A program made the position numbers and the translations under genes. Below the pieces are notes generated by a model. That model made no database searches and was not told the DNA's origin. It worked only from the letters and a program-made list of their open reading frames with translations. A stretch of DNA of 43,074 nt. Origin: Catajapyx aquilonaris (lineage: Eukaryota). The stretch is from contig JYFJ02005024.1 of the NCBI GenBank assembly GCA_000934665.2, forward strand, positions 1 to 43,074, in the 5' to 3' direction. Position 1 is the stretch's first letter, and each line of letters opens with the position of its first letter. Below are positions 36,393-43,074 of the stretch, piece by piece.

Positions 36393-38207
36393 TTCCCAGC
36401 CCTTGGTTAACCCTTCTGTCACGGTGCACCCGAATATTAACCTCCATTCGATACAGGCGCCATCTGTCAATCTTGACTTCTCAGATGCCCCGAATAATTG
36501 AGGTCCTTAAGGTCAGCCCCCGCATTTGCATAATCGGTCTCTGTCTCTCTCTCCTGGCAACCTGACCTGGCAACCTTGCCAGCTCATAAGGGGCACCCAT
36601 ATGTAAAAAAAAAAAAACTACCCGACCTTGATCCGGGCAAAGGCCCGATTAAATATGGCCACACCCCATTTCTATGTAAGGTATCTTCCTATTCGATGGA
36701 GGGCCAGACATTCAAATTAATGAAGACGAATAGGAATAGCTACTGGGCCAAGGACAGGAAGTCAATTGATTACACTGCATAGTAATTGTGTATTCGCCAT
36801 GCTTCTGCCCATGCATGAAACAGTTGTGGACAAACAAAAAAACATACAATATGGCGGATAGCCATAAGGAAGAAGCGAATTTAATTGGATTAGCAGCTAT
36901 CCGCGAAATTAACTGCAATTTTCGGGCCATAATAACGCGGATGGTTATCAACAATATTAGATTGAGCAGGTTTCCGTTACGTTTTTGGTTTATGTCAGGT
37001 TTTTAACACGATTTTTGGTAGTTAATAACTGAGGTGTAATCAGATTTCATTAGGTGTAGGTGTAAAGGTCAATTGTAGCGTGACGGTGCGTGACATGCTG
37101 TGACATTGCACTTGAACCAGTGTCTCCCCCCTAATTATCCCTACCATGTCCCCTGCACCGATGGTGGTATTCCACTCCCCTAAGAGGGCCTAGCACGAGG
37201 TATAACCAAAAAAAAGTGTTTTCTTGATGAAATCGACACGTTTGGCCGGTAGATGGCGTGGATGTGTCATTGTCCGGATATAGACCTGGGAGGAGGCTAC
37301 CTGCTTTGTCAACAGTCGTGTTGTAGCCTGTGAGGAGGCAATTATTATTTTTTTAAATTTAATTATTGGACTATGAATGACCTGAGGTCTTCAGCGATAA
37401 TCTGAGGTCACCTCTCACCAAATATGGCTACCTTCTTTGTCAACAGTCGTGTTGTAGCATAGTAGCAGGCTACTCTTAATTTTTAAAGACGCATTATTGG
37501 ACAACGAGTGACCTGGAGTCTTAGGCAATGACCTGAGGTCATCTCTCACTAAATATTACAAACCCAACATGTTTACATCACACTCTGCCATTAACCATCA
37601 CCAAAAAAGTGTTGTCCTTGGCATTCTTGCCTAAATAATGGTCAGTTGCCCAACTGACCAAAACCTACCCCACTTCTTTTTGCAACAAAATTAACTCATC
37701 ATTACAACCTGGTTTTTGTACCCGTTTTTTTTTTGCCCATTATCTGAAAACCACGTCTCGCCTGAATGGCTCCAGATAAATTGAAAATTGTTTAAAAAAT
37801 AACTACTAAAAACACTGCCCTTGAAATGGGGTCGTCTGATTGGTTAACGGTGCAAAATGGGGCGGTAACCGAACTGACCTTTGACCTCTCATATAAAAAC
37901 AAACATGAAACATTTAGGTTATAGTATTAAAACTGGTCAGATTTTTCCCGTAACGTTAAATTGCAATTGAGCTCATTTATTTCTCAAGCGTGGTAAACCT
38001 GCCCATTTTCGCGGTGCACGCCTATAAACCAACCACGGATAGTTTTTGCATTTACTCTTTGATCACGACTTCCATTCTCCTTAAGGCGGGAGGAGAAAAA
38101 CCGGTTTTCGAATTGGAGAGGAAAACCGAAATGACTTAGACGTGGGTTTATGTTTTGTTCAGCTCTACTTCCGTTCCAACCACTAGTATTTTTTTAAAAA
38201 AATGTAG

Positions 38208-38437
38208 ACCCCATTGGGAGAATCAGAGCTCCATTAGGGGGGTGGAGTACCACCATTGGATGGGGCCAAGAATAGAGAAGGAAGCGGCTGTGGCCTATTA
38301 TACGGGGAAAAAACCCGGAATTATCCTGGGGGACAGTGGGAAGCCACAGAAAACAGGGTTGCCGGCCCCGGGATTCGAACCCAGGACCTCCCGATTAGCA
38401 GTGGGGCTCCTTAACCATCACACCAACTTGCTTCGGT
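38208..38437 (-). mobile_element. tRNA-derived SINE, most complete copy
   Basis: The minus-strand head ACCGAAGCAAGTTGGTGTGATGGTTAAGGAGCCCCACTGCTAATCGGGAGGTCCTGGGTTCGAATCCCGG has an A-box-like element and a perfect B box. Confidence 0.85.
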
Positions 38438-38569
38438 CGAATTGAATATTTATGGGACGATTCCACTGCCCTCTGCATATCAGATTGTGCTGGGAGCGAT
38501 TCTATGATTTTAAGGGCATCTATTTTGCATATAGATTAATTTTGTATCTGATTTTTGTTAGCATTCTAA

Positions 38570-39115
38570 ACATTTGTAGACGTTCGGTAATGCTCGTAGA
38601 AGTTCGTTCATGCTCGTGTGAGTTTGTAAGCAATATTGAGTGTTCGTAAATAATCGTAGACGTTCGTAAGAATTTTTGAAATCTCGTACAGACTCGTGTG
38701 AGTTCGTAGATAATCGTAGGAATTCGTATATACTCGTAGAGGTTCGTTAATTCTCGCAGGACGAGTTCGGAAGCAATCGTGGGCATTCGTAAATAATCGC
38801 AGGCGTTCGTAAGAAATCGTGGAAGTTCGTACCGACTCGTGGAAGTTCGTACCGACTAGTGGAAGTTCGTTAACAATCGTGGAAGTTCGTTAACAATCGT
38901 GGAAGTTCGTACTAACTCGTGGAAGTTCGTATCGACTCGTGGAAGTTCGTATCGACTCGTGGAAGTTCGTTAACAATCGTGAAAGTTCGTAAATAATCGT
39001 ACGAGTTCGTAAGGCTCGTAGGTTTCTTGTGGATATTCGTACACAATAGTAGGCTAATATTGTTCGTAAATGTTTGTAAAACTTCGTATATTAGTCACAC
39101 ATGTTCGTACTCACG
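38570..39115. repeat. 10/20-bp periodic TCGT minisatellite (GGAAGTTCGT..ACTCGT)
   Basis: TCGT recurs about every 10 bp, with a homogeneous core at 38815-39000. Confidence 0.92.
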
Positions 39116-39127
39116 TAAATACACGTA

Positions 39128-39270
39128 CAGTCGATTAAAGGAGTATCTGACCAGACCAGACCAAGAAATTAGCCTCCAACAGAGGTGAGAGTTATTGCAT
39201 CAGGAGGCAGTACCTCTGTTGGAGGCTAATATCTGGATCTGGTCTGGTAAGATACTCCTTTAACCGACTG
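39128..39270. mobile_element. Tc1/mariner-type fold-back MITE (143 bp) with TA TSD
   Basis: TA|CAGTCGATTAAAGGAGTATCTGACCAGACCAGA..ATTAGCCTCCAACAGAGGT ... ACCTCTGTTGGAGGCTAAT..TCTGGTCTGGTAAGATACTCCTTTAACCGACTG|TA. Confidence 0.85.
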
Positions 39271-40426
39271 TACATGTTCTTAGACGCTCATAGATGACTA
39301 GATGTCCTTAGATGTTCGTAAATACTCCTAACTGTTTGTAATTACCCAGTAAATACTCATAATCACCAGTAAAATGTTAGACGATACCATCAGATTTTTG
39401 CAAAAAAAAAATTGTAAATTCTTTGACACACTATGCTCGTAAATTTGACCCCCGTGGACACTCCTACACAACCGTACATCCGGTACACTCATCCTGCCGC
39501 CACTGTTACGCCAGTAACATTAGTCACCCTTCATATGATACGGGGAGTCATAACCTAAGCAATATATTGTCGCAGGTGCATGCACACATTCCCCGACAAC
39601 AAAACTCGTAGCTATAAAATAACAAGGCACTAAAACCTCCGGTCGGACCAACAAAAAGGTCCCCACATTTCTCAAACCCCGTTGTCTCATACGTTTCTTA
39701 AGTGGCACCATGTAAAAAGCAAAACATGAGAAGACAGGATTCTGTACATTTTTTTTGGTACTGTCAACTACTGTGTACTGTGCAATTCAGCAAAACGATA
39801 ATTCGTACTTCATGTTGATAGTGATCGTACCGAGAGTAGGTCAAGTCCTGATGAAACCACGCGCTGCATTCGATCAGCCTCATCCTGTTTGGTCACAGGC
39901 AGGAAATGCTTGCAAACACTCATTTGTCACTTGTCAGGTCGATGATCTTGCTCAATCATGTTTAGACGAGTCAAAACACTGATCTGAAATGGCTTCTCGC
40001 CATGCCCCCCAAAATGGCGGTTGGATTGGCTTCTCTCCGGTTTATCAACTGTCACTGATCAAGTCTATCTTGATCAGTGACAGTTTACAACCAAACTTGT
40101 TTCCGATACTAATTTGGTGTTAACATCACCGACTGGTCCTAAAACTAGTTCCAAAAATGGCGACTATCAATGGAAGTTTGATGAGTGCTGAAAACAAAAG
40201 GAGGCGGTGAAGCAGAGAGAATAAAGGTTACGTGTGTGCCTTACTCAACATTCTATTGTACCGGTGGGGATAACCGGTTTGCATTGTGTTACGGTCGTGA
40301 AGAGCTACTTTGCTCGAGAAATATTTGGCAGAAGCCATTTTTTTTGAAGACCTTTCACCCAAATTTTGGGGGGCGAAAACAAATATATGTTTGAACAATA
40401 ACCCCTGTACCCATATGTCACGTACG

Positions 40427-40557
40427 GTCACTCATATTTCAATTTTACTACAAACTAAACAGGAAAATGTGGAATCGATACTATCATCATATTATGATGA
40501 CAGTATCTATTCCACATTTTCCTGTTTAGTTTGTAGTCAAATTGAAATATGAGTGAC
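40427..40557. repeat. 131-bp palindrome (65-bp arms, ~3 mismatches, 1-nt centre)
   Basis: GTCACTCATATTTCAATTTTACTACAAACTAAACAGGAAAATGTGGAAT... is mirrored around 40492. Confidence 0.93.
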
Positions 40558-40674
40558 TCTGTGACTGTGTGAGTGACTGTGTGACTGTGTGAGTGACTGT
40601 GTGACTGTTTGAGTGACTGTGTGAGTGACTGTGTGACTGTGTGACTGTGTGACTGTGTGACTGTGTGAGTGACT
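40551..40674. repeat. (GTGACTGT/GTGA)n microsatellite
   Basis: 8- and 12-bp units directly continue the right arm of the palindrome. Confidence 0.95.
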
Positions 40675-41649
40675 GATTATGCTTTTCTGGCATATTTTGG
40701 GTTCCATTTGCGTCTGGCAACAGTACAGAATACTAGAATCTTTATATGGGCAGACTATAGGTGAGGTCACATTCGCAATCTTCCCAGACGATATCAATCT
40801 CTTAGGGATTCCACCAGGTGCGACCACGACACTTCAGCACATCGTCTGATCTAGTTGCGATTCCTAGTTGTCCCCCATAAATTTTTAACCAGTCTCTAGT
40901 TTAATTGGGTGAATAAACCTTTCCGGTCTAATGATCTCAGAGCATTTGCAATTGTTCATTCCGTAGTTTGAACTTCGGTGACCTCCCATAAAAGTGGTGG
41001 TGCTACCCATTTGGCGACTCTTGCACTTTCTAAGCACTGCTAAAATTTGCCATGCGTGGTCCGGCACGAATTGACCTTTGACCATGAATGGAAACAAATG
41101 GCCACATGTGGTTTCAAATTAGTCGCTGACCAATACACACTATCTACTATTGATATCGTCAAAAGGCATTGCGGAAGACACCTGGCCCACATGGTCAGGT
41201 CAGGGTCACCTATTGAACCCATAAATCGCATGGAAGAACAGCTGGAGAGCACCATTCGTGAGGGCGTCACCGGTTTTCAGGAGGGCAGGTCAAGGGTCAT
41301 TGGATGACCCCGGATGACGCGAAAATAGTTTTTTTTTTGACGACCACCAGCATACGAAATCAGGTACTTTCACACCCACATAAGGGGGCCGGAATAAATC
41401 TTACAAATGGTGGTGAAACGTCCTGGACACACACAGCGAAGGACGAGTGACAGTTATTTTGACTGTTGTTCTCATTGACAACGGGTTGCTAACGGGAGTA
41501 TCGGAGGGAATTTCCTTGCACGTTTTTATTGGTGTGAACCGGCTATGGTGTTTGCTAAACAAAGACTTTTCCGCAACCATAAGTAGGTTCATCGCTTACC
41601 ATAGGAAATTGAGATATTAACCTACTGCGACCCTGAAGACTATCACACA

Positions 41650-42350
41650 TTCACACCTGGTCACTGATTGGAGAAAACGTCCGCGTGAATGTCATGGACT
41701 GTCCATGTGGACAATCTGTGGCAATCCGGGACAATTTGGGATAATTTGGGACAATTTGGGACAAACCGGAACATTCCGGGACAATTCGGACAATCCTCAC
41801 AATCACACCTGCACATTGTCTAGAAAAAATGACCTCGTAAATGTCATGGACTGTCCATGTGGACAATCTGTGGCAATCCGGGACAATCTGTGGCAATCCG
41901 GGACAATTTGGGACAAACCTGAACAATCCGGGACATTTCGGGCAATCCTCACAATCACACCTGCACATTGCCTAGAGAAAATGACCTCGTAAATGTCATG
42001 GACTGTCCATGTGGACAATCTGTAGCAATCCGGGACAATCTGTGGCAATCCGGGACAATTTGGGACAAACCTGAACAATCCGGGACATTTCGGGCAATCC
42101 TCACAATCACACCTACACATTGCCTAGAGAAAATGTCCTCGTAAATGTCATGGACTGTCTTTGTGGACAATGTGACAATCCGGGACAATCTTGGACAATT
42201 CGGGACAAACCTGGACAAACCTGGACAATCCTGAATAATCATGGCATTCACACCTGCAGAATATCTAGAGAAAATCTCCACGTGAATGTCATGGACTGTC
42301 CATGTGGACGATTTGTAACCATCGCGGACAATCCATGACAATCATGGACA
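41650..42350. repeat. Higher-order tandem repeat, ~152-bp units built from ~10-bp GGACAAT subunits
   Basis: AATGTCATGGACTGTC recurs 5 times. The ORF track shows identical peptide starts offset by 152 bp. Confidence 0.95.
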
Positions 42351-43074
42351 TTATTTGCATTAGATCAAAATATTCTGCATTTTAACTCATCGTTATGATC
42401 TTAAGATTTCGTGCCAAATTATGACAATGGTGCATTTTAATTTTTGTCCAAAAAATCCAACAATGGTGTCCCAGTTTCAGCGCGTGCATCCTGCCTTCCT
42501 CCTTGCCTGATTAATGATCATACCTGAGAATGCACTTTGCCTGAGGGCAAGGGTACGACCACAAATCCTCCAGAGAGCAGGACGTGACACGTACCAGATC
42601 AGGGCATGTACCATCTTAAAGGTCACGATGTTTGACCAAATAAAAAACCCATATGTTAACAACCCGAAAATGTGGGCACCATGAGAACTTCCTGGTCTGG
42701 TTTCGCAAAAAGGGGTGACTTCTGTACGTTGTGAAGCAAGACCATGACGTATGACTTATGACATATCAGACGGCGATAGGATCGTTCATGGACACGCCTT
42801 TACAGACCACTACTGATAGTGTCTCGCAGAAGAAGAAGGAAGGGACAGACGATGATGGGTACGATCCCCTTTTCATTTATGCGATACATCCGGCATTTGG
42901 GTAGGTAACGGGTCATCCTGACCTGCCATACTCGGTATGACGCAGGATTTTCTGATGACAATCAGCGTCATCTCTTCAGCATCTAACTTCACAAATGTTA
43001 AAAATTCATTTAACATTGCATAGCGTCCTATATGTAGGACACTTGTACTGATTGTGAGTACTCGGACGGGGATG

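Noticed and set aside
38365..38437. Possible tRNA-Ser gene on the minus strand
   Set aside because: There is no proper acceptor stem or long variable arm, and it continues into a SINE body present in three copies.
41651..42341. Cys-rich ORFs (CRCDCEDCPKC) resembling metallothionein
   Set aside because: They are a by-product of the 152-bp satellite; the same peptides appear in shifting frames.
42820..42865. Possible small downstream exon of PDZ gene B (ctcgcAG...GG|GTACG)
   Set aside because: The splice context is weak, there is no recognisable protein similarity, and it cannot be verified.

Overview
Eukaryotic (most likely arthropod) genomic DNA with GT-AG spliced genes, in two contrasting parts. 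The left ~10.4 kb is gene-dense with mostly 53-68 nt introns. It holds, on +, the acidic 3' end of an upstream gene, a highly divergent 3-exon gene for a protein with two HMG-box-like domains and an acidic tail (469-1712), and a 2-exon 128-aa orphan gene (2266-2711). On - it holds a complete 12-exon condensin II subunit CAP-D3 (NCAPD3, ~1475 aa, 10361-2985), with an E2F site beside its start. The remaining ~32 kb is repeat-rich. It contains a 5-exon single-PDZ gene of the PDZD2/IL-16 type (12745-19341), the first coding exon of a second PDZ gene resembling Drosophila arc (32206-33545), tRNA-derived SINEs, hAT and Tc1/mariner MITEs, a putative Helitron fragment, many unrelated minisatellites and several near-perfect fold-back palindromes. 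Gene models were built by hand from splice sites and reading-frame phase. Family assignments come from recalled motif similarity, not database searches.
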